From an uncultured Rhabdochlamydiaceae bacterium (GTDB taxonomy: Bacteria > Chlamydiota > Chlamydiia > Chlamydiales > Rhabdochlamydiaceae): a DNA stretch of 64,000 bases. Of the stretch, positions 45,172-55,619 are shown piece by piece (positions within the stretch are counted from its first letter, which is position 1; each line of letters begins with the position of its first letter). A program made the translations under genes and the position numbers. The DNA lies in contig CAVQHD010000001.1 in NCBI GenBank assembly GCA_963712275.1, forward strand, positions 1,536,001 to 1,600,000. The letters run 5' to 3'. The notes below the pieces were generated by a model that worked only from the letters and a program-made list of their open reading frames with translations, was not told the DNA's origin and searched no databases.

Positions 45172-45351
45172 ATGGTACGAATCAGCAAACAAGCTCAGCG
45201 GCGTGCAAAGTGCCCCCACCGGCCGCGGCCGCCTGCAAAAAAAACAGGAGCTAAAAAAGATCAGCTGCCCCAAGGGTTTAAACCCCTTGTGACAGCAATT
45301 ATAGATCCCAAACTTTCTCAAAAACTCTTCATTCCAAAGAGGATAGGATAG
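45172..45351 (+). CDS. Small basic protein (CT421.1-like); absent from the ORF track
   Basis: MVRISKQAQRRAKCP...LFIPKRIG, GGAG RBS, syntenic upstream of the PVC signature protein. Confidence 0.75.
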   Translation: MVRISKQAQRRAKCPHRPRPPAKKTGAKKDQLPQGFKPLVTAIIDPKLSQKLFIPKRIG

Positions 45352-45354
45352 ATT

Positions 45355-45516
45355 ATGACACGTCATCGCAGCTACGGAAGATCCAGCCAGTCGGCCAAAA
45401 AAAGAAACGTTCTTAAGCGGTTTGAAAGGGTCGATGTATTACGCAAACTGGGAAAATGGAAAGACGGCGAGAATAAAAAGGTGACAGGGCTTCCAAAAAC
45501 TCCCGTTTCCATATAG
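45355..45516 (+). CDS. PVC-superphylum signature small basic protein (CT421.2-like); absent from the ORF track
   Basis: MTRHRSYG...KRNVLKRFERV..L...GKW.....VTGLPK. Confidence 0.9.
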   Translation: MTRHRSYGRSSQSAKKRNVLKRFERVDVLRKLGKWKDGENKKVTGLPKTPVSI

Positions 45517-45519
45517 GGC

Positions 45520-45960
45520 ATGCGTCCTCTTGAGGGGCCTCGTATCAGTATCTTTAACCGTCAAACATCGCTTAAAATAAGCCCCATCTCTGTGAGGGGG
45601 CTGGTTCGTTTTTTTTTAGATCAAAAAAAAGTGAACTGCCAAGAAATTTCTATCTATTTTGTGGGCAAACGAAAAAGCGCCCTCTTGCATAAGCAATTTT
45701 TTAATGATCCGACTCCAACAGATTGCATGACATTTCCTATTGACTCCCAGTTTCTTGGAGAATGTGTGATTTGTCCTCGAGTTGCCCTTGAAGAAAATCC
45801 TTCAAACCCCTACGAGGAAGTCTCTCACTACCTTGTACACTCACTCTTGCATCTAATCGGCTATGACGATATCGATAAAAAGAAACAAGCCCTTATGCGC
45901 AAAGAAGAGCGCCGCCTGCTTGCCCTTGCAAAGAAATACCGATGTATACTGGAACCTTAA
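45520..45960 (+). CDS. ybeY: rRNA maturation endoribonuclease YbeY
   Basis: PTDCMTFP, LGECVIC and HSLLHLIGYDD motifs. Confidence 0.88.
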   Translation: MRPLEGPRISIFNRQTSLKISPISVRGLVRFFLDQKKVNCQEISIYFVGKRKSALLHKQFFNDPTPTDCMTFPIDSQFLGECVICPRVALEENPSNPYEEVSHYLVHSLLHLIGYDDIDKKKQALMRKEERRLLALAKKYRCILEP

Positions 45961-47258
45961 CTCTCGCTCTTTTCTTCTTACTAGGCGGGGCTGTCCTTGC
46001 TGGGATGACCACCGCCCTGCAACAGCTCGGCCGTCTGCGTGCCAAAGAGGAATTTAAAAAAATCTCCGCTCTTTTTTTCTTTCAACATTTCATGCCGTTT
46101 CTGTTCGGAAAACAGAGGTGGGAAGGGCTTTTTCTGACGCTCAGTTTTGGAAAGCATATCCTCCATCTCTGTTACGGCGTTGTCTCCTTGTTTTCGCTTT
46201 TGACGGAAAAGCCTTTTAACAATGCCTTAAAAGTTTTGGAAACTCACGGGTATGCTCTTGATACTTTATGGGCCTTGACAGTGGGAGGTATCATCATTGT
46301 CCTCTCTTTAGTCGCCGACCTGCTTTTTAAGTTTTTTGCAACAGCTGTCCCCCTTATCGCACTAAAAACCTTGGCCCCTCTCTCCTCTGTTTTTCTGACT
46401 CTTTTTGCCCCTCTTACCGCTTTCATTTATCGAATGCTCAAAATGTTTTTCCCTAAAAAATCAGAACCCCTTCCCAATGAAAATTCAATCCGAGACAAAA
46501 TCTTAGAAGTGCTCTATGAATCTGAGCTCTCCTCCCGTCTTGATCCCCAGGAAAGAAAGCTCATCTTATCCGTTGCTAATTTCAAGCAGCGCAGTGTCCG
46601 AGAGGTCATGGTACCGCGAATCGATGTCATAGCGCTTGCCGAAGAATCACCACTTACGGAAGCGGCTAAGCTCTTTCTTCAAGAGCGGTATAGCCGCCTT
46701 CCCGTCTATCACGACAACATCGACCATGTTGTCGGTCTTCTGCTCTACAAAGATGTCCTCTCGGCCTATCTGCAAAACCCATCTGCAGGCACAATTCGCC
46801 CCCTCATCAAACCTGTTCTTTATACACCGGAAACAAAAAAAATTGCCTCTCTTCTTCAAGAGTTTCGAAGCAAGCAGATCCATCTTGCCATCGTGGTGGA
46901 TGAGTACGGCGGCACAGAAGGGATTATTACGATTGAAGATATTTTAGAAGAGCTTGTAGGGGAAATCGCCGATGAAGATGATACCGATCAAGAAGTGCTC
47001 TATTCTCCCCTTCCTTCAGGCGGCTGGATTGTCGATGCCCGCATGACGATCTTAGACATTGAAAAAGAGCTCTCCACACAGATCCCTCCAAGCGCCGAGT
47101 ATGACACCCTTGGAGGGTATATCTACCACCGCGCTGGAGCCATCCCTTCTCGCGGATGGCGACTTCACCATGATAACTTTGACCTCGAGATCTTAAGCTC
47201 CGATGAACGATCAATCGAAAAAGTCAAAATCATTCCCCACGACTCTGAGCTTTCTTAA
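45942..47258 (+). CDS. CNNM/CBS/CorC-HlyC family protein
   Basis: TM domain, REVMVPR, YSRLPVY, VVDEYGGTEGIITIEDILEELVGEI and YDTLGG motifs. Confidence 0.9.
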   Translation: MYTGTLTLALFFLLGGAVLAGMTTALQQLGRLRAKEEFKKISALFFFQHFMPFLFGKQRWEGLFLTLSFGKHILHLCYGVVSLFSLLTEKPFNNALKVLETHGYALDTLWALTVGGIIIVLSLVADLLFKFFATAVPLIALKTLAPLSSVFLTLFAPLTAFIYRMLKMFFPKKSEPLPNENSIRDKILEVLYESELSSRLDPQERKLILSVANFKQRSVREVMVPRIDVIALAEESPLTEAAKLFLQERYSRLPVYHDNIDHVVGLLLYKDVLSAYLQNPSAGTIRPLIKPVLYTPETKKIASLLQEFRSKQIHLAIVVDEYGGTEGIITIEDILEELVGEIADEDDTDQEVLYSPLPSGGWIVDARMTILDIEKELSTQIPPSAEYDTLGGYIYHRAGAIPSRGWRLHHDNFDLEILSSDERSIEKVKIIPHDSELS

Positions 47259-47315
47259 AAAGATCTTTTTCACGACTATCCCAAAATTAAGTAATCGTTT
47301 ATAGCAAGGAATAAG

Positions 47316-48563
47316 ATGGCAATGCAGTCTTTGTCTATTCCTCGTAAAAAAAGGATCTTAATCCTCGTTAGTCGCGGGGGCGGTGGGCATAAAACGGCCG
47401 GCGAGGCAATTCAAAAAACGCTCGAGGATGCCTACGATGTGGAAGTCAATGCGGTTCTAGCAGATATCCTAAAACCGATGGATACGTTGAATGTACTCAC
47501 TCGAGGCTCTTTCACAGGCGAAGATCTTTACAATTTCCTTCTGCAGCGGCATCAAAAAAAACTCCTTCAGGGAATGATTCATTGCGGCAAGTATGTCATG
47601 AATAGCTGCCGAATTGAGCGGATTTTTGATAGATATTTGTCGAACCTTTCCGAGCGTCCTGATCTTATTATTTCTCCAACCCCATTTATTAATTATGGCG
47701 TGGCATGCAGCGCACATCGGCACGATATTCCTTTCATCATTGTCCCAACAGACTTAGATGGCTCAACATTTTTACATGGTTTCCCTAAAACGCCGACTCC
47801 CTTTAACTTGAAACTTGCGCTTGCCTATGATGATCCCCTCATTCGAGAAGCTACATTTCAAAAAACGAGGTTCTCCGATGAGCAAATTTTCATTATGGGC
47901 TTTCCTATTAGACCTGCTTGCACTCATAAATATAGCCCTGAGCAAGAAGCGCAGATTCGGGCCTCTTTTCATCTTTTTGAATCCCACCATACGATCACCC
48001 TTGTCATGGGGGCGGTAGGAGGGAACTTGATCTTAAATCATGTGAAATCTTTAACCTCACTCAATCCAAGAGCACATGGATTTAATTTACAACTCAACGT
48101 TTGCGCAGGATCTAACAAAACGATTGCTTGTAAAGTTCACGATTTTCTCCTTTCCCAAGGGGCGCGGTGTATAGGATCGCACACGTTCATTCTACCTTCT
48201 GGGTTTGTAATCCATCTCCGAGGCTATATCCCCAATCTCATTGACCTCATGGCTGTTTCAGATCTCATTATCACAAAGACAGGGTCATGCACTGTCAACG
48301 AGGCAATCTACCTTGAGAAAAAAGTGGTTTTAGATAACACGGAAAGGTCGACAGCCCGGTATCTAGCTTGGGAAAGATTTAATATCCCTTTCGTGGAAAA
48401 GCATCGAGTGGGACTCGCTTTTTCTGATAGCAGACAACTCCCCATGCTCATCCCCTCTCTTCTCAAGTATCCTGAAAGAGGCTCCTCCATTCTCGAGCGG
48501 CCTCCCTTCGAAAAAAACCTTCGCACCTTAGTCAAACAGCTGTTGACATCCTCCCCTCTCTAA
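47316..48563 (+). CDS. MGDG synthase-like glycosyltransferase (GT28)
   Basis: GGGGHKTA, VPTD, GFPIR and DLIITKTGSCTVNEA motifs. Confidence 0.8.
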   Translation: MAMQSLSIPRKKRILILVSRGGGGHKTAGEAIQKTLEDAYDVEVNAVLADILKPMDTLNVLTRGSFTGEDLYNFLLQRHQKKLLQGMIHCGKYVMNSCRIERIFDRYLSNLSERPDLIISPTPFINYGVACSAHRHDIPFIIVPTDLDGSTFLHGFPKTPTPFNLKLALAYDDPLIREATFQKTRFSDEQIFIMGFPIRPACTHKYSPEQEAQIRASFHLFESHHTITLVMGAVGGNLILNHVKSLTSLNPRAHGFNLQLNVCAGSNKTIACKVHDFLLSQGARCIGSHTFILPSGFVIHLRGYIPNLIDLMAVSDLIITKTGSCTVNEAIYLEKKVVLDNTERSTARYLAWERFNIPFVEKHRVGLAFSDSRQLPMLIPSLLKYPERGSSILERPPFEKNLRTLVKQLLTSSPL

Positions 48564-48585
48564 GACAGCTTCTAAAAGGATAGAT

Positions 48586-49170
48586 TCATGTTGGAACGCC
48601 TAATTTTGTCAGATCGGAGAGCACTTGATCAAACGATTGGCAATGAATTGCCTTGATTCGGAGTCTTTTGGCGGCAACGATATTATCGTACCGGTCATCG
48701 ATGAACACGGACTCTTCGGGATTCAGCTGATAGGTTTTGAGAAGAGCCTCGTAAATTTGAGGCTGCGGCTTGATTGCCTTCACTTGATAAGAGAAAATCT
48801 GCCCTTCTGGATGCGTGAAAAAATCATGAAGCTGGATGAGTTCCTGATGCATTTCATGCGGCATATTTGAAAGAATAAAGATCTTATAGCCCAGCCTTCT
48901 AAGCGTATGAAAAAGATCGATCATCTCAGGAATCGGCTGCAGTTGTTTTGAAACTTGCGAGATACAGTACGAAAACGTCTCTTTATCAACGTGATGTGGA
49001 AGCTTTTCCATCAGTTCCTGACGAGAGAGGAGTCCCCCATCATGCATTGCCCATAGAAGCGACTCAAACACCTCACCAAAATGCCTTGGAAGATCAAGTT
49101 CCTGTAAAAACTTGGAAGGATTCCATTCGAGGAGAACGCCGCCAACGTCAAAGATAATATTTTTGATCAT
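48586..49170 (-). CDS. HAD-superfamily phosphatase
   Basis: IIFDVGGVL, ILSN, KP.P.IY and FIDD motifs. Confidence 0.9.
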   Translation of the reverse strand: MIKNIIFDVGGVLLEWNPSKFLQELDLPRHFGEVFESLLWAMHDGGLLSRQELMEKLPHHVDKETFSYCISQVSKQLQPIPEMIDLFHTLRRLGYKIFILSNMPHEMHQELIQLHDFFTHPEGQIFSYQVKAIKPQPQIYEALLKTYQLNPEESVFIDDRYDNIVAAKRLRIKAIHCQSFDQVLSDLTKLGVPT

Positions 49171-49198
49171 AGGCTTTTATTTTAACCTAAAGAAAGGA

Positions 49199-50584
49199 TT
49201 ATGTCATTCGAGAAGGATCCATAATCTCATCAAACTGTTTTTCAGTGAGAAATCCGAGATCCAGGGCGGCTTTTTTGAGGGTCAAGTCTTCTTGATAGGC
49301 TTTTTGCACAATTTTTGCCGCTTTGTCGTATCCAATAACCGGATTAAGAGCAGTTGCCAACATAAGTGACTGATCTAAAAAGCGTTGAATCTGTTTCCGA
49401 TTAGGCTGAATTCCTACTAAACATTTATCGTGAAAGTTGCGAGCAGCATCTCCCAGAAGTCGAATCGACTGAAGAAGGTTGTAGATAATGACCGGTTTGA
49501 AGACGTTGAGTTCAAAATTACCCATCGAGCCTGCAATCCCAATCGCTGCATCATTACCCATGACTTGGACGGCCACCATTGTCATCGCTTCACTTTGAGT
49601 GGGATTGACTTTCCCTGGCATGATCGATGAACCAGGTTCATTCTCCGGCAGGATCAGCTCCCCAAGGCCGCACCGAGGTCCGGAGGCAAGCCACCGAATG
49701 TCATTGCCAATTTTCATGAAAATACAAGCAATGAGACGAAGAGCGCCGCTCATTTGAACTAAGGCGTCATTGGAAGCGAGAGCTTCAAACTTATTAGGCG
49801 CTGTGACAAAAGGATAACCTGTGAGCTGCGCAATCTTTGCTGCCACCTTTTTGTCATACCCCTTTGGGCAATTTAATCCTGTTCCAACCGCCGTACCTCC
49901 TAGGGCAAGCTCAAAAAGCGGTGGAAGGGCCATCTCAATCGTTTGAATTCCATGTTCAATTTGTGCGCAGTACCCTGAAAATTCTTGGCCAAGGGTTAGG
50001 GGGGCAGCATCCATGAGATGGGTTCTGCCGACTTTAACAACGGAGGAAAATTCACGGGCCTTATCTTGAAATCCTTTAAGCAATTGCTTTAAGCCTGGAA
50101 GCAGCTGAACATGAATGGCTTGCACAGTTGCAATATGCATGGCTGTCGGGAATACATCGTTGGACGATTGGGATTGGTTAACATCATCATTGGGATGGAT
50201 AGGTTTTTTAGAGCCTAGGACCCCACCTGCCTTTTCAATGGCTCGGTTAGAGATCACTTCATTCACATTCATGTTCGTTTGCGTTCCCGAGCCTGTCTGC
50301 CACACGACAAGATCAAAATGGGCATTGAGTTTACCGCTGAGCAACTCATCACATACCTCTACAATAGAATCTCGCTTTTCCTTTGAAAGAAGTCCTAAAT
50401 CGTGATTGACAAGGGCTGCGCTCTTCTTGACAAAGCCTAAGGCATGAATCAGCTCGATGGGGATTTTTTCTGTTCCAATCCGAAAATTCTCGATCGATCT
50501 TTGCGTCTGGGCTCCCCAATATTTGTCCATTGGAACATCGATCGATCCCAAGCTATCGGTTTCTGTTCTCACTTTTCCCGTCAT
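49199..50584 (-). CDS. fumC: Class II fumarate hydratase
   Basis: [28 protein letters not shown] and [13 protein letters not shown] motifs. Confidence 0.97.
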   Translation of the reverse strand: MTGKVRTETDSLGSIDVPMDKYWGAQTQRSIENFRIGTEKIPIELIHALGFVKKSAALVNHDLGLLSKEKRDSIVEVCDELLSGKLNAHFDLVVWQTGSGTQTNMNVNEVISNRAIEKAGGVLGSKKPIHPNDDVNQSQSSNDVFPTAMHIATVQAIHVQLLPGLKQLLKGFQDKAREFSSVVKVGRTHLMDAAPLTLGQEFSGYCAQIEHGIQTIEMALPPLFELALGGTAVGTGLNCPKGYDKKVAAKIAQLTGYPFVTAPNKFEALASNDALVQMSGALRLIACIFMKIGNDIRWLASGPRCGLGELILPENEPGSSIMPGKVNPTQSEAMTMVAVQVMGNDAAIGIAGSMGNFELNVFKPVIIYNLLQSIRLLGDAARNFHDKCLVGIQPNRKQIQRFLDQSLMLATALNPVIGYDKAAKIVQKAYQEDLTLKKAALDLGFLTEKQFDEIMDPSRMT

Positions 50585-50657
50585 CCGTAGCAAACTCTCC
50601 CTGAAAAACAGTTGTAAATCTTTTGTTTAATTTGCGCAAGGTAGCAGTTGCGGGCTG

Positions 50658-50718
50658 TTGCACAGAGGATTGTTCTCCACTCTGTGCAATCTCATCTTCC
50701 TCGGTGTCTCTGTGGTGA
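50658..50718. repeat. Palindromic repeat family A, truncated copy
   Basis: TTGCACAGAG-loop-CTCTGTGCAATCTCATC...GTGTCTCTGTGGTGA (central hairpin plus part of the right arm). Confidence 0.75.
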
Positions 50719-50756
50719 GGTATTTTTTTATCTATAGCTTTACAACTACACCCTTA

Positions 50757-53033
50757 TTACAGAACCACTTTGAGAAACTTCACTTTGATGAAATCGAGTA
50801 AGAAATAGTAAAAGATAACACCAGCAAATAGTGTAAGGACAATCCCCCATGGCAGGGGGGCCATGAGAGTGCCGCTGATGGCAAGCATTGAGATCAAAAC
50901 AACATCTAAGACTGAGCTGACAACCATCCAAAGACTTGGCATCGATTGCCAGCAGTGCCTTTGTTCTCGCACCAAATAAACAGTTGCTTGACCTGTAAAA
51001 ACGAGGGTGAGAAAAATCAAGGTTTGAAGCTGAGGGAGAGGAAGAGATGCCTTTCCTAGAAAAAAAACAGTGAAGGAAAAACCCAGGAGAAATATCGCAA
51101 AAAGCCCTCCCATTTTCATGAGCTTCCCAATATTCCACTGCTGTGGCGTCTTGGAATAATGAACATGATCTGTTGCAATCGAGATGGTCACAAAATCGTT
51201 TGTAAAGAGCAAAAGAACTATCAAAAGTTGGGAAATGATAAAGTTCCCCTCTAAGATGAGACCAACTGCAAGTAAGATCGAAATTTCCAAAGTTTTGATA
51301 ATTTTATTGAGCGTGTAGGTTAAAAGTCGTTGGTAGATTTTTCTGCTGGTTTTGATCGCCTCTAAAATCGTCGTGAGGCCGGGTTTTGTGAGAACAAGGC
51401 TCGCAGAGGCTTTGGCTACATCTGTCGCATTGCTGACGGCAATCCCGACTTCTGCTTGCTTAAGGGCAGGAGCATCGTTAACCCCGTCCCCTGTCATACC
51501 GCAAATCAACCCTTGTTTTTGCAATAAATGAATCACATGCAATTTGTCTTCCGGAAAGATGCCAGCAATCGCACTAGCCGTGATGGTCTTTGTACGATAA
51601 AGTTGCTCCTTAGAAATGATCTCATGACCGATCCCTGCTGCTGTAGAGACCGCCTGAGCCGTTGTCATAGAGTCTCCAGTGAGCATCACCACCCGGATTC
51701 CAAGCTCTTGAATTTCTGCAATCGCCCTTTTTGAGTCTTCCCTTAAAGGATCGTGAAAGGAGATAAAACCGACCATTTCAAAGCGCCTGTCATCTCCAAC
51801 CCCCACACCTAGAATACGAGATCCTTCGGTGCCAAGCTTCTCGATTAGAGGGTATAAATCTTCTCTTGCCGTCATTTTCACCAGTTCGCTTGGCGCCCCT
51901 TTTCGAACAACTTTTTTCTGTCCGAAATAGAGGATGAGCGACTCTGAAAACTTCTTCTCTGGATCAAACGGAATAAAATCTAATCTTTGGTTGGGCAGAA
52001 TTCTGTGTTTTGCTTCTTTTAAAATAGCCAAATCAATCGGATCTTGCGTCGATTCTTCGCAGGCTAGGGCAGCAAAGGTTAAAAGCTCATCTTCCGAATA
52101 GGGGTCAAGTGGGGTTACTACTGCAATTTCTAAAGAATTTTGAGTTAAAGTGCCTGTTTTATCTACACAGAGAGTTGTCATGGCAGCCGCCTCTTCAATA
52201 GCTGGCAGCCGTGTCACGAGAACCCCCACTTTGACAAGCTCTAAAGATCCTAGGGCTGTGGCCAGTGTATAGGTTGCAGATAAAGCTACCGGTACAGAAG
52301 CCACAAGGAGAAGGAGCGAAAATGGAATAAGCTCAGAGAGCGGTAGCTGAAATGAAACCGAAAAGACTACAACACAAGCAATTAAGAGAGTCTCAAAAAG
52401 GACCAGGTATCGGATCATTTTATAGATCGTTTTCCCAAGATGGCTTGGCGCCTCAGCTGTCTGTACAATTTCTGCGATTTTACCGTAGTGCGTCTGAACT
52501 GCTGTTGCGACAACTTCAGCAAAAGCTTCTCCATGGACAACCGTTGCTCCGGCATACCCTAGGGTCCCACCAAGACCTTCAATCGGAAGCGACTCCCCTG
52601 TCAATACTGCTTGATTCATTGAGATATATCCCTGCAGCAATCTCACATCTGCAGGGATGATATCGCCGACTCGAAGACGGATCACATCACCTGGAACAAT
52701 TTCTTGATTGGGCAGAAGTTTCCACTCATTGTCGCGCAAAACTCTTGCTAAGATATTGAGGCGGCTTTTCAATAAGCGGAGCGCCTTTTGCTCATGAAAA
52801 AAACTAATAGCGACATTGAATAAAAGAAGAGCAAAGATAATGGATGCTTCTGGCAGTTTGCCTAAAAAAATCTCAAGGACAATGACTGCCTCAAGCATCC
52901 ATGGAATGGGGTCCCAAAATTTATGCAAAAACGTCAAAAATACATGAACATTTTTTTCAGGAATGGAGTTGGGTCCATAGTGCTTAAGCCTCTTGATTGC
53001 CTCTGCTGTTGTGAGTCCAGTGATCTCACTCAT
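50757..53033 (-). CDS. P-type ATPase, plasma-membrane proton-pump (P3A) like
   Basis: TGES, ASVPVAL, LPAIEEAA, DKTGTLT, FIPFDP, KGAP, GDGVNDAPALK and TM6 TNDFVTISIATD. Confidence 0.85.
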   Translation of the reverse strand: MSEITGLTTAEAIKRLKHYGPNSIPEKNVHVFLTFLHKFWDPIPWMLEAVIVLEIFLGKLPEASIIFALLLFNVAISFFHEQKALRLLKSRLNILARVLRDNEWKLLPNQEIVPGDVIRLRVGDIIPADVRLLQGYISMNQAVLTGESLPIEGLGGTLGYAGATVVHGEAFAEVVATAVQTHYGKIAEIVQTAEAPSHLGKTIYKMIRYLVLFETLLIACVVVFSVSFQLPLSELIPFSLLLLVASVPVALSATYTLATALGSLELVKVGVLVTRLPAIEEAAAMTTLCVDKTGTLTQNSLEIAVVTPLDPYSEDELLTFAALACEESTQDPIDLAILKEAKHRILPNQRLDFIPFDPEKKFSESLILYFGQKKVVRKGAPSELVKMTAREDLYPLIEKLGTEGSRILGVGVGDDRRFEMVGFISFHDPLREDSKRAIAEIQELGIRVVMLTGDSMTTAQAVSTAAGIGHEIISKEQLYRTKTITASAIAGIFPEDKLHVIHLLQKQGLICGMTGDGVNDAPALKQAEVGIAVSNATDVAKASASLVLTKPGLTTILEAIKTSRKIYQRLLTYTLNKIIKTLEISILLAVGLILEGNFIISQLLIVLLLFTNDFVTISIATDHVHYSKTPQQWNIGKLMKMGGLFAIFLLGFSFTVFFLGKASLPLPQLQTLIFLTLVFTGQATVYLVREQRHCWQSMPSLWMVVSSVLDVVLISMLAISGTLMAPLPWGIVLTLFAGVIFYYFLLDFIKVKFLKVVL

Positions 53034-53163
53034 TAAGTTACATTAAAATATTTACAAGATAAACCCAATAAGAAAAACGTGCATTAAGATCGTGATTTGG
53101 GTATAATTGTTTTCTCAAACCCTCAGAGGGTGTTTGCAAATACCCTCTCCAACAAAGAAAAAA

Positions 53164-54393
53164 ATGAAAAATTTTACAGATTTTGGTTTATCCCCCCTTT
53201 TGATCGAATCCCTTAGGCAAAAGCAGATTACAACACCTACGCCCATCCAAGCGGCGACGATTCCCCCGGCCTTAAATGGGCTCGATCTTCTAGCCTCTGC
53301 ACAGACAGGATCAGGCAAAACCGTTGCCTATTTGATCCCTCTTATTATCCATTTATCAACTCATCGAAAGAACACCGCGCTCATCTTAACTCCTACAAGA
53401 GAACTAGCAATGCAAGTCCATCAAACGCTTGCCCAACTCTTTGGAAAAACCTCTCCCTTTAGAATGGCTCTATTGATCGGGGGTATGCCCATTTTCAAAC
53501 AAAAGATGGAACTTAAAGGCTCTCCTCAGCTAATCATTGGCACCCCTGGACGTATTACGGACCATTTAATGGGTAAAAATCTGAGTTTGAGCAGTACTCA
53601 TTTTTTGATCATTGATGAAGCCGACCGAATGCTCGACATGGGTTTTGGGATTCAGCTCGATAAAATCGCTAAATACTTGCCAGAGGTTAGGCAAACCCTC
53701 ATGTTCTCTGCAACGCTACCCCCTAATATTGAAAAACTTGCAAAAAAATACTTAACAAAACCTGAACGCATTTCAATTGGCTCTTCGACGCAAGCTGCCA
53801 TCAAAATCAAGCAGGAAATTCTTCATACGACGGGCGCAGAAAAGTTTTCCGAGCTAAAGAAGCAACTGGATCAGCGTGAAGGCTCGATTATTGTCTTTGT
53901 CAAAACCAAACGAGGCGCAGATCGGCTCTCTAGAGACCTTAAAGAGCTGGGTTATAGTGCAAATGCGATTCACGGAGACCTATCGCAAAAACATCGGAGC
54001 CGTGTAATCCACGCCTTCCGTGAGCAGAAATGCCGAATTTTAGTTGCGACTGACGTTGCAGCGCGTGGACTTGACGTCCCTCATGTGATGCACGTGATCA
54101 ACTACAACTTGCCTGAATGCCCTGAAGATTATATCCATCGGATTGGAAGGACAGGGAGAGCAGAGCAGGAAGGTTCTGCCCTCTGCCTTATCTCACCTGA
54201 AGATCGGCACAAGTGGAACGCCATCAGGCGGATGATGGACCCGAAAGTCATCATCCCTCAGGAAGGAAAAAGCCAAGAGAAAGCTGCCCGGCATCCAGGA
54301 AAACGGCCTTTTAAAAATGGCCCACGTAAAAGCCGCCCCTTCAGACACTACCAATCACGCCATCAATCAAGGGGCAGCAGATTCGGGAACTGA
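53164..54393 (+). CDS. DEAD-box RNA helicase
   Basis: Q motif, AQTGSGKT, PTRELA, DEAD, SAT and HRIGRTGR motifs; basic tail. Confidence 0.95.
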   Translation: MKNFTDFGLSPLLIESLRQKQITTPTPIQAATIPPALNGLDLLASAQTGSGKTVAYLIPLIIHLSTHRKNTALILTPTRELAMQVHQTLAQLFGKTSPFRMALLIGGMPIFKQKMELKGSPQLIIGTPGRITDHLMGKNLSLSSTHFLIIDEADRMLDMGFGIQLDKIAKYLPEVRQTLMFSATLPPNIEKLAKKYLTKPERISIGSSTQAAIKIKQEILHTTGAEKFSELKKQLDQREGSIIVFVKTKRGADRLSRDLKELGYSANAIHGDLSQKHRSRVIHAFREQKCRILVATDVAARGLDVPHVMHVINYNLPECPEDYIHRIGRTGRAEQEGSALCLISPEDRHKWNAIRRMMDPKVIIPQEGKSQEKAARHPGKRPFKNGPRKSRPFRHYQSRHQSRGSRFGN

Positions 54394-55527
54394 TTGAGAA
54401 GGGGCTGAAGAGAGCGCCATCACATGGCGTGAAAGAGCCATCCAATCTCGACTCTCTCTTTTTAAGCCCTTTTTAATCTCTTTGATCTGAAAACTAAGCA
54501 GCCGTAGGTTCGCTTTCTTTTCTTCTTTTTTGTCTTTAAGTTTATGATAAAGCTCTCGCAATTGCTTTGTTTCTCTCAGTTTTGTAAGAATGCTTTCTGT
54601 CAATTTGATAATCTTCTCTTCCCAAATGTCTTTGTATTCATCAAAAGAGACATGTATTTTATCTAAAAGAAGCTGTTTTCGATCCAGCAACAGTTTTTCC
54701 TCGATAAAATGAGCATGATTTTTCTTTAAACTATGCGCCAACCCTAATTTATTAAAACTCCAAATAAGCCATTTCGTAGGGTCAAAGTGGTACCACCGGA
54801 TTCCGTTGCGGTAGTCGTAGGCAAAGGTATGGTGATAATTATGATAACCCTCTCCGAATGTCAAAAGAGAAATCAGGTAGTTATCCACTGCAGAGAGTTC
54901 TTGACAAAACGTACGCGCTCCCCACGTATGGGCTAAAGAATTGATAAACCACGTGAAATGATGTAAGAAAAAAAGGCGGACAAGCCATGCAAAAAGGAAA
55001 GCACTGAGATAGTCACCAAAGCACCAACCTATAAAAAGGGTTACAATGAGGTTTGTCAACACCATTAAAGGCGCGTAGAAACGGTGCTGAAACCGGATCA
55101 GAGGATTTCTCAGCAAATCAGAAACAACCTTATTTTCAATCTCTTTTGGCTTTTCAAAAAGCCAAAGAAAATGGGCATACCAAAACCCTTTTTTAATGGA
55201 ATAGGGATCTCGATCAGTATCAACAAAAGCATGATGATATCGATGATCAAACGACCACCGAAGAGCACTTCCCTGAGTCGCCATCGTTGCAAAAAACAAC
55301 AAAACTCCCTCAACAATAGGGCGTGTCTTATAGGTTGTATGTGAATAGAGACGATGATATCCAGCTGTTACACTCAGCCCTGTCACATAGAGCAAAATCG
55401 CTGAAACGGCAATCATCGCCCACGGCGGCGTAAAATGAAGAAAATAGAGTGGGATCGCGATACATAAAATCAGATGGTATGTGAGAATGAAGAGGCCGGG
55501 AATCCAGTTAAAATTTGAAAGCTTCAA
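54367..55527 (-). CDS. Delta-9 acyl-CoA/acyl-lipid desaturase
   Basis: His boxes GYHRLYSH, DHRYHH and GEGYHNYHH; DPTKW. Confidence 0.92.
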   Translation of the reverse strand: MKLSNFNWIPGLFILTYHLILCIAIPLYFLHFTPPWAMIAVSAILLYVTGLSVTAGYHRLYSHTTYKTRPIVEGVLLFFATMATQGSALRWSFDHRYHHAFVDTDRDPYSIKKGFWYAHFLWLFEKPKEIENKVVSDLLRNPLIRFQHRFYAPLMVLTNLIVTLFIGWCFGDYLSAFLFAWLVRLFFLHHFTWFINSLAHTWGARTFCQELSAVDNYLISLLTFGEGYHNYHHTFAYDYRNGIRWYHFDPTKWLIWSFNKLGLAHSLKKNHAHFIEEKLLLDRKQLLLDKIHVSFDEYKDIWEEKIIKLTESILTKLRETKQLRELYHKLKDKKEEKKANLRLLSFQIKEIKKGLKRESRDWMALSRHVMALSSAPSQSVPESAAP

Positions 55528-55619
55528 AAATATCTCCTATTTAAAAACTAAGGATATTAAATAAAACCTTTCTTGTCTATGGGACTTTAAGGGTCTCGAC
55601 TTTAACGGTCTGCAGAACA

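Noticed and set aside
44969..45366. ORFs 44969-45292 (+) and 45127-45366 (-)
   Set aside because: They overlap the better-supported small basic genes in another frame.
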